Shown in pieces: positions 29,617-39,987 of a stretch of 64,000 nt of DNA. This DNA comes from an uncultured Fluviicola sp. (GTDB lineage Bacteria; Bacteroidota; Bacteroidia; Flavobacteriales_D; Crocinitomicaceae), in contig CBIHND010000011.1 in assembly GCA_966211245.1 (NCBI GenBank), positions 56,274 to 120,273 of the forward strand, written 5' to 3'. A model generated the notes under the pieces. The model saw nothing but the letters and a program-made list of their open reading frames with translations. It ran no database searches and had not been told where the DNA came from. The translations under genes were made by a program, and so were the position numbers. Numbering within the stretch: position 1 is the stretch's first letter; each line of letters begins with the position of its first letter.

Positions 29617-32316
29617 TTAGTGCTGAACCACCAGTTTATATTGCTGATTTCCATTGGAATTCAGACGAATAAAATAAACTCCATTCGCCAGTTTTGTCGT
29701 TGAGAACGTAATTGAATCGTTTGAAAGTACTATTGGATTCAACACAACCACTGCACCAACACCATCGTATACCGTGAATTCTTCAGTGGCAATTCCTTCA
29801 CAGGAAAGCGTTACGGACGCATTTGCCGGATTCGGAAATACAAGCAGTTCATTCCCTGGTTTCAGAGAAACACTTCTCACCGGTGAGTAAACATAGCTTC
29901 CGTTTTTATCAACCTGCTTCAAACGGTAGAAATTGATTCCGATAAATGGAGTAGGGTCAACAGTTGCGTAATTTTGTTCAATCATTGAATTCCCGGTTGC
30001 TGCAACTTTATCCAGGTTTACCCATTCGTTTTCAGAGTTGAGTTTCTGAACCATGAAATAATCCAATTCTTCTTCGGATTGGGTTGTCCAGGTCAAATCA
30101 ACGGTTCTCTCGTTTTTGGCCAGTTCTGCATTGAATTCAAGTAGCACAGCCGGAAGTGGTGTTGCAACATTGATACTTGCGATTGTAATGAATTTGGTTG
30201 CGTTATTTGGAATGTGAGCGGTACTGATATTACTTACTGTAATTGTGGGATTTGAATACGTAAAGACAATTCCGGTTCCATCACCGTTGTAGTAACATTG
30301 TGTTCCGCCGTTTGCAAAATTACCATCGTCATCTACAAGAAGTCTCAGATCGTTTACATTTACAGAACCCGGAGCACCACATGCACCCAGCTTAAAGTCC
30401 ATGTTATAGTTTTGTGCCATGTTTGTTCGGGTTACTTTCCACTCGCGCTCAAGACGAGAGTACAAGGTACAACTGGCAAGACCTGTTGGCATTTCAGCGA
30501 TGGAAGCTGTTGTAGCACACATTTTTCCGGTATTTGCTCCGGCCAAAACGAACGATCTGTCCAATGTGAACGATCCGGTGTTTGCGGCATTTGTAGTCTG
30601 GAGGGTGTTCAGGTAAATGCGCACTGTATCGTCGAAATTATGCGATTGCTTTTGGTAAAGCGTTGATAAATCGTCTCTTCCGATGCCAATTACGTTGTTT
30701 TGATATGCCGATTGTCCGTACCAGATCAAACCTGCGTTTGACGACATATAATCGGAGGGGGAAGCTGGTGTTCCAAGCGTAATTCCATATTTCACGGCGA
30801 GATAGGATTCAACCATTAACAATTCACTTACACTGAGAGTTTTGTTGAATGTTATTTCCTCCGCAATGTCAACGTTGGAATAGTAGGCCCAATCCGTAAT
30901 GTCGTTGCACCCAAGGTAAAGATAACCGGTTGTTGCTCCGGCTCCTCCCATGGATAACCCCGCGTGAGTGATGGTTCCGTCGATCAATCCGTTCAGACGC
31001 ACCATGGATTGTGTAGGATTGACAACACCACCAACGATGTAGTTCTTATTGGTAATATTGGTTGTGCTCGCTGCGTTCAATCCGGTGGCATCATCAACGA
31101 AATCAAAGCGTTGTGAACTTCCATTTAGTTCAAAACCGATACGTGTAGGGCCACTACCGTCAGTTTCCCATTTGTAATCAACCGGAATTCCACCGGTGCG
31201 AATGTTTTTCACCAGGAAGACGGTGTTGTTCGAGTTACTGTAAAGGCCCGACGTGACAGCTGTTACAGCATTGTTACTTCGCAAACCGTCATCAGATCCG
31301 TCAAAACGAATAAAATTCTGGTAATTGATTCCGGCTGTCACAACTGTGGGTTGCGTAGCAGCGGCACCTACAGGTACCATGTTTCCTGTAATTCCGGCAC
31401 CCGATTGGTCAGCCCACGACGTTACTGCGGAACCACTTGTTGTAACCCCGGCATCTGATTTTACCCAGTTCTTTCTTCCCAATGCACTGGTTGACGGGTA
31501 TGTCGCACACGCAGCAATTGTCCGCGAACCTGCCGGATTCGTCACTGAAGGAGTGTAATTGGTTCCCGTTAATGTGAACTGACTGATCACGCCATCAACA
31601 GTATTTCCGACTGTTCCGGTGTTATTCATCGTATAAACAAGCCAGAAGTAATTTGTCCCTGTCACAAGTGTCTGACTACCATTGATACTGTATGTTGCAA
31701 CCGTTGGTGTGGCCGAACCAAAGAGTGTGGCACTTGAGAAAGAAGCACTTGTTCCGGAATAATAAACTTTAGCTGTATTGATCGCTGAAACCGCTGCTGT
31801 ACCCTGAAAATTCGACTGAATTTGTGTTAATGTAAGTGGCGTGAGGTTCCCGGTTACTACAATTTGTAGGCGGACAATCTCTTCGTTTACACCACAATTT
31901 TCAATTGTTGCAGTAGAACCCTGTGCCACTGTAGAGCTTGAATATGTCATTGGCCCGGGACAGATTCCGTTGGTACTTGTTCCGGGACTCGCAACCGGCT
32001 GAAATGCCGCCCCGAGTGAAGCTCCGGTTCCATCAAATAGCTGCGTTCTCATTTCAGAGGGATAACTTCCTGCGGTGGTCTGGATTACGGTAATAACATC
32101 ACCGGAATTGGCGTTAAATACGAGATCAATTGGACCGGATCCCGTTGTAAACGTTGAACCGACATTGGTCAGAACATCAACGCCGTTAACCTGAACCTTT
32201 ACGATTCCTCCGTTCCAACCGTCACCATAAGTGTCTGTTAAGCGAATGGTGTGATTACAGGCCATTGACCATAAGCTAACCGAAGCCAGAAAAAGTGAGC
32301 AGAGCAGTTTCTTCAT
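29617..32316 (-). CDS. T9SS type A adhesin-like protein, paralog 1 (DTYGDGWNG domain, BNR_assoc_N-like, LamG-like, DUF8202-like)
   Basis: Signal peptide; GTNYFWLVY; ESYLAVKYGITL, IGIGRDD...QKQS; PLP..LLEFNA and LVFPNPA...GVYFI CTD. Confidence 0.85.
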   Translation of the reverse strand: MKKLLCSLFLASVSLWSMACNHTIRLTDTYGDGWNGGIVKVQVNGVDVLTNVGSTFTTGSGPIDLVFNANSGDVITVIQTTAGSYPSEMRTQLFDGTGASLGAAFQPVASPGTSTNGICPGPMTYSSSTVAQGSTATIENCGVNEEIVRLQIVVTGNLTPLTLTQIQSNFQGTAAVSAINTAKVYYSGTSASFSSATLFGSATPTVATYSINGSQTLVTGTNYFWLVYTMNNTGTVGNTVDGVISQFTLTGTNYTPSVTNPAGSRTIAACATYPSTSALGRKNWVKSDAGVTTSGSAVTSWADQSGAGITGNMVPVGAAATQPTVVTAGINYQNFIRFDGSDDGLRSNNAVTAVTSGLYSNSNNTVFLVKNIRTGGIPVDYKWETDGSGPTRIGFELNGSSQRFDFVDDATGLNAASTTNITNKNYIVGGVVNPTQSMVRLNGLIDGTITHAGLSMGGAGATTGYLYLGCNDITDWAYYSNVDIAEEITFNKTLSVSELLMVESYLAVKYGITLGTPASPSDYMSSNAGLIWYGQSAYQNNVIGIGRDDLSTLYQKQSHNFDDTVRIYLNTLQTTNAANTGSFTLDRSFVLAGANTGKMCATTASIAEMPTGLASCTLYSRLEREWKVTRTNMAQNYNMDFKLGACGAPGSVNVNDLRLLVDDDGNFANGGTQCYYNGDGTGIVFTYSNPTITVSNISTAHIPNNATKFITIASINVATPLPAVLLEFNAELAKNERTVDLTWTTQSEEELDYFMVQKLNSENEWVNLDKVAATGNSMIEQNYATVDPTPFIGINFYRLKQVDKNGSYVYSPVRSVSLKPGNELLVFPNPANASVTLSCEGIATEEFTVYDGVGAVVVLNPIVLSNDSITFSTTKLANGVYFIRLNSNGNQQYKLVVQH

Positions 32317-32615
32317 GTTAGTAACATTATAACTGCAAATTATGACTAAAACGTTATACTAAAAAATTACTTACGTAGGAGTTAAGTGTTTTTGAAAAAG
32401 AAGTGCTCAATAGTGAGTGTTAATTTTTTAGTGTCATTCGCCCGTTTTTAAAGGAATTCGTGTTGCTAAAAACGTTAATTCGGCTTTTTGAGCGTTCAAG
32501 TGAGAGTTAATATAAGATCTCTGAAATTAGAGTAGAACTGGTTTGAAAATGCAGGTAGAAATAAGAAAAGTCCACCTAATGGCAGACTTTTCACTCGATG
32601 AACTATGCAAAATTG

Positions 32616-35321
32616 CTAGTGTTGAACCACTAGCTTGTAGTGCTGTAACTCTTCGGAATTCAATCGGATGAAATAAATTCCATTAGCCAGTTCCGCAGTT
32701 GAAAACGCAATACTGTCATCTGATAGAATTGTCGGATTCAGTACAACTACGGAGCCGATTTCATTGTAAACGGTAAATTCCTGATTCGCAATCCCTTTGT
32801 AGGATAATGTTACTGAAGAATTTGCCGGATTCGGGAACACCAATAATTCATTTCCAGGTTTCAGCGAAACGCTTCGCACCGTGGAGTAGACGTAGTTGCC
32901 GTCCTGATCAACCTGTTGTAAGCGGTAGTAATTCATTCCCATAAACGGAGTCGGATCCACTGTTGTGTAATCTTTCTCCTCTGTAGAATTTCCGGTTGCT
33001 CCAACCTTTTCAAGATCTACCCATTCGTTTTCCGAATTGAGCTTCTGAACCATGAAGTAATCCAGTTCTTTTTCCGATTGTGTTTTCCAGATCAGGTCAA
33101 CCATACGCTCATTTTTAGCGAGTGTTGCGTTGAATTCCAATAACTCAACCGGAAGAGGAGTGGTGTAATTGATACTTGCGATGGTGACGTATCGCGTAGT
33201 ATTGTTTGGGATATGGGTTGTACTGATATTGCTAATTGTAATCGTTGGATTGGAATAGCTGAAAACGATACCAGTACCGTCGCCATTGTAGTAACATTGA
33301 GTTCCGCCGTTAGCAAAGTTTCCATCGTCATCAACTAAAAGTCGCAATTCGGAAACGTTTACAGAGCCAGGAATACCACAAGAAGCCAACTTTACATCCA
33401 TGTTGTAATTCTGTGCCATATTGGTTCGGGTTGTTTTCCATTCGCGTTCAATACGGGAGTATAACGTACAGTTGGTCAGACCGGTAGGTACTTCAGCGCA
33501 TGCAGCAACAGTTGCACAGTATGCACCGTTGTTGTCTCCGATCACTACATAAGAAACGTCATTGCTGAATGTACCACCGTTCGAAGCGTTCATTGCTGCC
33601 AATGAACTGATATAAATACGTGTGTTGTCATCATCGTAATGAGACTGTTTCTGAGTTAAGGCTTCAGAGTCGTCACGCCCGATCCCGATGATGTTGTTGT
33701 TGTATGGAGCGGCAACGGTAAAGATGGTAGAGCCCGTTGTGCTCAGATAGTTATTCGGTAATGTAATACCGTATTTAATCGCAAGGTAAGTGTCAACACG
33801 CTGACGTTGTGTTGGCGTTAAAGCGCTGGTGTATCCGATAATTTCCGCAGCGGGTCCTTTCCAGTCACGTGTGTGTCCGGAAAATGAGCTGGCCGGAGTT
33901 TGGTCATCCTGTCCTCCGAGAAATGCATTTAACGTTGTAGAACCTCCTGTTTGACATACTGCTGAAAGGATGTGTTTGGTAGAACTATGATTCGAATTTG
34001 ATGCGATATTCGCTTGATTGCGTTGCCATGTTCCTGCAATTGCCGATGTGCCGAAATCGGTAATGTCATAAGCTTCCAATAGGATTGAAGCTGTTGCGCC
34101 ATTCGCGTCACCGTGCCAGGTTCCGTTTGCAGGTGAAGCCATTGTTACCCCTTTTACAGTTGCACAATGGGTGTTCACCCGGGTAAGGTCGTTCAGTTGG
34201 AAGGCAAAGAAAACGGAGGCGAAATTTACCCCGTTTATTCCTGAGTATCCGTTTAACAAGACACACTGTCTGCTTGCGGCAACTCCACCGTCCAGCGTGG
34301 CGGCAGGCGCAGCAAAATCAATGTAATAATTGTAGTTGTATCCGGTATTGGTAGTATTCAAGGAAGGGTTCCCATTCAGGTTAGTTGCTGTTCCGCCACT
34401 TGCCTGGTTTGCCCAGCCCGTCATGGATGCAACGCCGGTTGTTCCCATGTCTGCGCGAAGCCAGGTTTCCAATCCCGCGTTTACACCTCCCGGAGCGAAA
34501 CAAATGGTAATTGCACGTGATCCTGCCGGATTCGTTGTAGCAATAGCTGGCACAGATCCGGAGTTGTAATTGCTTGCGTTCGCGGTAAATTGTGTGATCG
34601 CCGCATCGACTGTGCTTCCGACGGTTCCCGTATTGTTCAGGTCTAATACCAGCCAGAAATAGTTGATGCCTGTTGAAAGAGCTTGAGAACCGTTAACATT
34701 GAATGTTGCAACAGTAGGGGTGGCTGTTCCAAAAAGAGTTGTTGTTGCAAATGTTGCCGATGTTCCGGTTGCGTATATTTTACACGAAGAGAAAGCGCTT
34801 GCAGCGGCTGTTCCTGTAAGATTGGCTTGAATTTGTGTGAGGTTTGTTGATGAACCTGCTCCCATTGTAACCTGTAAGCAAACTATCTGTTGGTTTGTTG
34901 CACAGTTCGCCACTGTAGCAGAACTACTCTGAACAACAGTAGCTGCGGTTGGAATCATAGGAGGAGGGCAGTTACCAACAAACGCTGTTCCCGCTGCCGA
35001 CGGATCAAAAGCTGCTCCAAGAGCAGTTCCGCCTCCATCCAGTACCTGACAACGCATTTCCAAAGGGTAAGATCCTGCAGCTGTTTCAATAATTGAGATG
35101 GCATCTCCGGTGTTAGCTGAGAAGGTTACGTCTATCGGTCCGGCCCCACTAACGAATGTAGAGCCTACGTTAACAGCGACGTCAACACCGTTCACGCGGA
35201 TTTTTACAGTGCCGCCATTCCACCCATCGCCATAAGTGTCGGTAAGGCGAAGAGTATGCGTACATGCATAAGAAGAAGTAGCTAAAAGAATAAATGTTAG
35301 TAAGCTTAGCAGTGTTTTCAT
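32616..35321 (-). CDS. T9SS type A adhesin-like protein, paralog 2
   Basis: Same architecture as 29617..32316 with near-identical N- and C-terminal thirds; start placed at MKTLLSLL. Confidence 0.85.
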   Translation of the reverse strand: MKTLLSLLTFILLATSSYACTHTLRLTDTYGDGWNGGTVKIRVNGVDVAVNVGSTFVSGAGPIDVTFSANTGDAISIIETAAGSYPLEMRCQVLDGGGTALGAAFDPSAAGTAFVGNCPPPMIPTAATVVQSSSATVANCATNQQIVCLQVTMGAGSSTNLTQIQANLTGTAAASAFSSCKIYATGTSATFATTTLFGTATPTVATFNVNGSQALSTGINYFWLVLDLNNTGTVGSTVDAAITQFTANASNYNSGSVPAIATTNPAGSRAITICFAPGGVNAGLETWLRADMGTTGVASMTGWANQASGGTATNLNGNPSLNTTNTGYNYNYYIDFAAPAATLDGGVAASRQCVLLNGYSGINGVNFASVFFAFQLNDLTRVNTHCATVKGVTMASPANGTWHGDANGATASILLEAYDITDFGTSAIAGTWQRNQANIASNSNHSSTKHILSAVCQTGGSTTLNAFLGGQDDQTPASSFSGHTRDWKGPAAEIIGYTSALTPTQRQRVDTYLAIKYGITLPNNYLSTTGSTIFTVAAPYNNNIIGIGRDDSEALTQKQSHYDDDNTRIYISSLAAMNASNGGTFSNDVSYVVIGDNNGAYCATVAACAEVPTGLTNCTLYSRIEREWKTTRTNMAQNYNMDVKLASCGIPGSVNVSELRLLVDDDGNFANGGTQCYYNGDGTGIVFSYSNPTITISNISTTHIPNNTTRYVTIASINYTTPLPVELLEFNATLAKNERMVDLIWKTQSEKELDYFMVQKLNSENEWVDLEKVGATGNSTEEKDYTTVDPTPFMGMNYYRLQQVDQDGNYVYSTVRSVSLKPGNELLVFPNPANSSVTLSYKGIANQEFTVYNEIGSVVVLNPTILSDDSIAFSTAELANGIYFIRLNSEELQHYKLVVQH

Positions 35322-35489
35322 GCGTAATCGTAAATGATTCAGCACAAATAACGACTATATCGATTAAGTAGTTGTTGCTTTTGGGTGTTAAATGGCGTTA
35401 ACGCACCAATGGAAATGTAATAATTAGCGTTAAGATAAGTATTTTAACTATTTTATTTCCAATCTTTTAAAATATTTATTAATGTTAAT

Positions 35490-37187
35490 CTATCGTGTTA
35501 GAGACTGCAAGTATTCGTTAAGGTTTTCATCCTTCGATAGACCAATTTTTTTCTTGATTTTATTCTTAGCGACCCGAACAGATATGTCGCTGATATTCAA
35601 TAACAAACCAATTTCCTTTGCCGATAACTCATTAATGAAGTACGAGCACATCTGAACTTCAGTTTGGCTAAGATCGGGGTGTTTTTCTTTGATTTTAACG
35701 CCAATGTCAAGATCGAGCTCGAGATCAGCTGAACTTTCGGTAATGAGTTTCTTATCAATATCAAAGAGGTTTGTAAGCCCAAGTTGGAGTTCCTTAATAA
35801 CCTGTTCTGTAGTAGCATTTTTGTTTCGCTTCAGTTCTTTGATTTTCTCGAGAAATCCGCTTTCGGTTTGTTGTTTGATTTTGAGATTGGTGATCAGCAT
35901 ATTCAATTGTTGCTGCTGATTTTCCATTTCACGTTCCAGGAGTTGCTGACGGGCAAGTACCGATTCTTTACTTTCTTCTTTCTCAATGAGTTCCTGAGTC
36001 TTTCTCTTAATTCGGCGTTTGAACAGGAATAGCCCTGTGAGGATAATGATAATGAAAAGCGAACAAAGTATAACCAAGAGGTAGTCCGGTAAACCGGACA
36101 CGGTGCTTTTCTGTTGTTTTTTGCTTCGTGAAACAAGTGTCTTGATTTTCTCTTCGTAGAGGAAGTTCGTTAATCCGTCATGTAATTTTGCCTGTTGTGT
36201 CAGGTGGTCAATCAAAATACGATTGTGAAGTACATTTAGTTCGGTTGCCGAAATACCGATCGGTTGTTTTTCGGAAATGGACATAAGCGTTTCAATTCCC
36301 TTAAGCCTGTTTGTGTTTGCAGGCACCTGATCCAGGCATGTAAAAAGCTCTCTGGCGTATTTTTTTTGTTGTTTGGTATCTGTTTCGACAGCCAACAGTT
36401 GCATTAGTGTGCTGACGTAATTATCCGAGTAATTGCCTGTTAATTCGTAAAAAATACGTTCTTCTTCCAGAAGTTTTTTCCCCTGTTCAATCCTTCCGGA
36501 TTTCACGTAAGCGGTTCCCAGATTGCCCTGAACCAACTGAAAGATCGCATCATCCTTTTCCTTTTTTCCTCTTAGAATGCTGATCCCGTCCTGAAAATAC
36601 TGGATTGCCTTTTCGTATTGGTGTAATTCAAGGTAACAAAGCGCAATGTTGTTCAAATCCGAAGCTTTCTGATTGATATTCGGATTTTTGATTGTGTTAC
36701 CCGCAAGTTTGAAATTGTCACAGGCCTTGGCATACTCCTTCATTTGAAAGTAAATACCCGCTTTGTTTTTGTATGAAAGGTATAATGCTACCTGGTCATG
36801 AATGGCTTTGCTATCTTCGATAGCGCGGTTAGAGTAATCAAGCGCAAACGGAAGAATTTTATACGAACTAAGTGTTGAAGAAATGTGATAGTTCGCGTAG
36901 GCACTATACTTATTATGCGTTTCGGCGTTCCTCTCGGATAACTCAATTAAAATCTCGATACGTCTGACAGGATCACTGTCTTTACGGATTGCATAAATAC
37001 TTTCCAGTAATAGTTGCTGATTTTCTGTCCCGTCCTGATGTTTTAGTTCGTCGATTTCCTCTTTTAATTTCTCCAGGGACTTTTCGCTTCCTTCCCAATA
37101 CTTAGCGTCAATATCCAGTATCGACGTTTGCCCAAATAGGAACAAGGATGTTAGGGAAAAACACAGGAACAGGTAAAATGTCTTCAT
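35490..37187 (-). CDS. Membrane-spanning one-component regulator: periplasmic TPR, TM helix, coiled coil, LuxR-type HTH
   Basis: Signal peptide MKTFYLFL; TPR helices ASDLNNIALCY and QGNLGTAY; TM 390-410; HPDLSQTEVQMC...LSAKEIGLLLNIS..SVRVAKNKIKKK. Confidence 0.88.
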   Translation of the reverse strand: MKTFYLFLCFSLTSLFLFGQTSILDIDAKYWEGSEKSLEKLKEEIDELKHQDGTENQQLLLESIYAIRKDSDPVRRIEILIELSERNAETHNKYSAYANYHISSTLSSYKILPFALDYSNRAIEDSKAIHDQVALYLSYKNKAGIYFQMKEYAKACDNFKLAGNTIKNPNINQKASDLNNIALCYLELHQYEKAIQYFQDGISILRGKKEKDDAIFQLVQGNLGTAYVKSGRIEQGKKLLEEERIFYELTGNYSDNYVSTLMQLLAVETDTKQQKKYARELFTCLDQVPANTNRLKGIETLMSISEKQPIGISATELNVLHNRILIDHLTQQAKLHDGLTNFLYEEKIKTLVSRSKKQQKSTVSGLPDYLLVILCSLFIIIILTGLFLFKRRIKRKTQELIEKEESKESVLARQQLLEREMENQQQQLNMLITNLKIKQQTESGFLEKIKELKRNKNATTEQVIKELQLGLTNLFDIDKKLITESSADLELDLDIGVKIKEKHPDLSQTEVQMCSYFINELSAKEIGLLLNISDISVRVAKNKIKKKIGLSKDENLNEYLQSLTR

Positions 37188-37325
37188 ATAGTTACACTTC
37201 ACGTACAAACATAACAGAATAAGTGGATAATTGAAAATTGGCATTTTTAAAATTGAAAAGGGAATTCAGGTTGGGTTTTAAATTCTGATCCTTTTCAACT
37301 TTTCATGTTCAATTCCAACTCATTC

Positions 37326-37360
37326 AATTGATTAACGGTGAAAATGAATTGATTAACGGT
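37326..37360. promoter_or_regulatory. 14-bp direct repeat with 21-bp period, putative regulator binding site
   Basis: AATTGATTAACGGT at 37326-39 and 37347-60 between divergent genes. Confidence 0.65.
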
Positions 37361-37450
37361 AGATGCGTTTTCACCGGAAAAGCTCAGATTTGGCGCGAAA
37401 CTTTCGGTCGACTTCCCAGAAGGATGAAACCACTACTAAACTAGAACGAA

Positions 37451-39133
37451 ATGAAAAAACTAATCGTATTCACAACCTTACTGATGTACACATCAGCCTT
37501 TGCGCAATATCCCTATTTTCAGCAGGATATTTCGAGCACAACCAGCACTGTAAGTTATGTTGGTCCTTCAGACATCCATTTTGACGGTGTCAATAAGGTG
37601 TATTCTTATCACTCGGCCAATATTGGAACTGTTGTCGTTAAATATGCTTCGGGAAGTGGTGTTATTACGGATGCCGTTTTGTTATCCAGAAGTGGAATGG
37701 CAATGAGCCCTGTTCGTGTTCGTACGCAGGGAACAGATTATTATGCGCTGTTTAATACCATTGTTTCCGGAGTAAGTCGTTACTGTTTAATTAAGATCAA
37801 CGCTACCACGAATGCGGTAACTTTTACACGACAGATTTACAATACTGGAAATACATTGGACTTAACGGCATCGGATTTTATACTGGATGGAACCAATGCA
37901 TATGTCCTGAGTAATTATTACGATGCTGCTAACAATCAATCGGATTTATGTATTACCAAAATTGATGTTTCTACTGCAACTCCGACAATTTTGTGGAATA
38001 ACATCTATCAGGATCTTTCCCGTGATGACTACGCATCGAATATCATTGTTCATCAAAATCAACTGTTTGCGAGCTATCAGAGTATGGATCCTTCAAACGT
38101 TTTTACAGATCGCGGAGTCGCTGTAATCAAATTGGACCTGAACGGGGATTTCCTTAATTCAAAGTTGTACAAGTACACTGCGGACTGTACCTATGCCCGT
38201 TCTGCCGGAACATGGCTGATGTCAAACGGAGATAAATTGGTGCTTTCGTGTATTACCTACGTTGGTGCAGACGGGAACGGACCGTTCTGGTTGGCATACG
38301 TTGATCCTACTGGGTTAGGAATGACCACACAGAAGCATTACTCTTCCGGTGCGGTTTACTTTAATCCGGAAATTCAGTTGGTTTCAACAGCGGCCGGGAA
38401 TCGAATTCTGATGTCAGGTTCGGCTTCCATGGCTAATGTAACAACTCCAGGATATGTCCATCATTATTTTGATGCCGGGACGTTGAATTACGTTCAGGGA
38501 ACGAAATATCCAACAACAACTTCTACGGTCTGGTATGGTGGAATTTACGACACCTATATTAATACAGGTATTGGAAAGAATGTTTTCTCTATTGCAGAAG
38601 TTGAAGGAACAAATGATCATTATTACTTGTTAAAGACGTCTGATCTGGGTGATCATGGTTGTGATATCGTTGCCCCGGCTCTGGTTGCAGGTGCTTGTAC
38701 TCTTACGCAATCGACTTTGTCGCCAACAACTGTTGTTACACCGGCGTCATTCTCATTGATCAAGTTGTTTACCGTAACCCCGATTACGAACAATCCGTTG
38801 CAAACCTGTTGGGTTTGTCCAAACTGTCCATCGGATCCACAGGATCTTCATGGCCCTGCGACGGTTAGTGAAAAGTCGGCAATGATTGCTGTTGAAGCAT
38901 CCGGAATTACAGTTTATCCGAACCCGACAACAGGCTTGTTTACATTAATTCCTGAAGATGGAGAAATGAACGAAATAGAGGTATTCACAGTGAACGGAGT
39001 GCGTGTTCGCGTTCCAATCCGTTCAACAGACGGAATAGTTGAAGTTGATTTGACTCAGGAAGAAGAAGGTATTTACGTTGTGAAGGCAATGGTAAATAAC
39101 CAGCAGCGAATCATCCGTGTTGTGAAACAGTAA
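37451..39133 (+). CDS. T9SS type A cargo, probable beta-propeller
   Basis: Signal peptide; repeated beta-rich blades; TVYPNPTTGLF...GIYVVK CTD; CWVCPNC linker. Confidence 0.8.
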   Translation: MKKLIVFTTLLMYTSAFAQYPYFQQDISSTTSTVSYVGPSDIHFDGVNKVYSYHSANIGTVVVKYASGSGVITDAVLLSRSGMAMSPVRVRTQGTDYYALFNTIVSGVSRYCLIKINATTNAVTFTRQIYNTGNTLDLTASDFILDGTNAYVLSNYYDAANNQSDLCITKIDVSTATPTILWNNIYQDLSRDDYASNIIVHQNQLFASYQSMDPSNVFTDRGVAVIKLDLNGDFLNSKLYKYTADCTYARSAGTWLMSNGDKLVLSCITYVGADGNGPFWLAYVDPTGLGMTTQKHYSSGAVYFNPEIQLVSTAAGNRILMSGSASMANVTTPGYVHHYFDAGTLNYVQGTKYPTTTSTVWYGGIYDTYINTGIGKNVFSIAEVEGTNDHYYLLKTSDLGDHGCDIVAPALVAGACTLTQSTLSPTTVVTPASFSLIKLFTVTPITNNPLQTCWVCPNCPSDPQDLHGPATVSEKSAMIAVEASGITVYPNPTTGLFTLIPEDGEMNEIEVFTVNGVRVRVPIRSTDGIVEVDLTQEEEGIYVVKAMVNNQQRIIRVVKQ

Positions 39134-39156
39134 CGTTCCGTTTGCCAAATACAGTT

Positions 39157-39197
39157 CAACCCTGATCCCGAATAATGTTCCGGATCAGGGTTTTTTA
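39157..39197. terminator. Intrinsic terminator
   Basis: AACCCTGATCC...GGATCAGGGTTTTTT. Confidence 0.85.
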
Positions 39198-39241
39198 TAG
39201 GTAATAATGATCGCTAAAGCTTCTTCGGGGGAGTAGTCAGA

Positions 39242-39640
39242 CTAATTCTGATTCAATTTTGAGAATCGAATGCAGTAGTCTTTCTCGGTTGCTGCAGGAT
39301 TGCTAAAGTGCCCGGTGCGCAATGTTGCGATCGAGCGATCCATGAAATAATAGCGTTCCAGCAACGGCTTTACAGTTGAAAATAGTAGTTCGGCATTTTC
39401 ACCAATGATAAAGAGATAACCATCGCCGTAATCAACAGACATTTCGTAGCCGTGGTATTCGCCAACGCCTGTTTTACTTAGTAATCGGATGATTTCACCT
39501 TCCATTTGATGAAGCAGTTTCTTGTCCTCAATTCCGTAAAAGAATTGGATGACAAGCATTTGGCAGGCTACAACTGTGTCCTGTTCGTCATCGGTGAACT
39601 CAGGGCGTTTTTCTTTGTGCAAAAAATCAAATAATCCCAT
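39242..39640 (-). CDS. Hypothetical protein (RraB/DUF695-like fold suspected)
   Basis: GVGEYHGYE...DGYLFI.G..AE.LF..VKPLL pattern. Confidence 0.55.
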   Translation of the reverse strand: MGLFDFLHKEKRPEFTDDEQDTVVACQMLVIQFFYGIEDKKLLHQMEGEIIRLLSKTGVGEYHGYEMSVDYGDGYLFIIGENAELLFSTVKPLLERYYFMDRSIATLRTGHFSNPAATEKDYCIRFSKLNQN

Positions 39641-39987
39641 TTCATTCAGGTTTTTAAGGATAAGAAATTTAGACCTTTTTTTTCAGAATTTAAAATTAAA
39701 TCTGAAAATTAACATCCGAAGTAGGTGTGGTTGTTCTATACATGGAATCGTTATGGTAGAATATAAACTGATCATTGATTTTTGGCGGGCTGTAAACGAA
39801 TTCATTTACTACTTAATTCATTTAACGGTTTATTCTGACTAAAACATCAATTTTCATGTAATATTTCGGATATTTTAAACAAAAATCCAAATCACCCCTA
39901 AATTTTTCGGGGTATGTTTATAAAAACACATAAATTTTTTGGATTACCCCCTTCAAATTCATTAATTTTGTCGAAAATTTGAATTTT

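Noticed and set aside
29617-35321. Paralog pair considered as DGR template and variable repeats
   Set aside because: There is no reverse transcriptase; differences are mostly synonymous and not adenine-specific; both copies are intact genes
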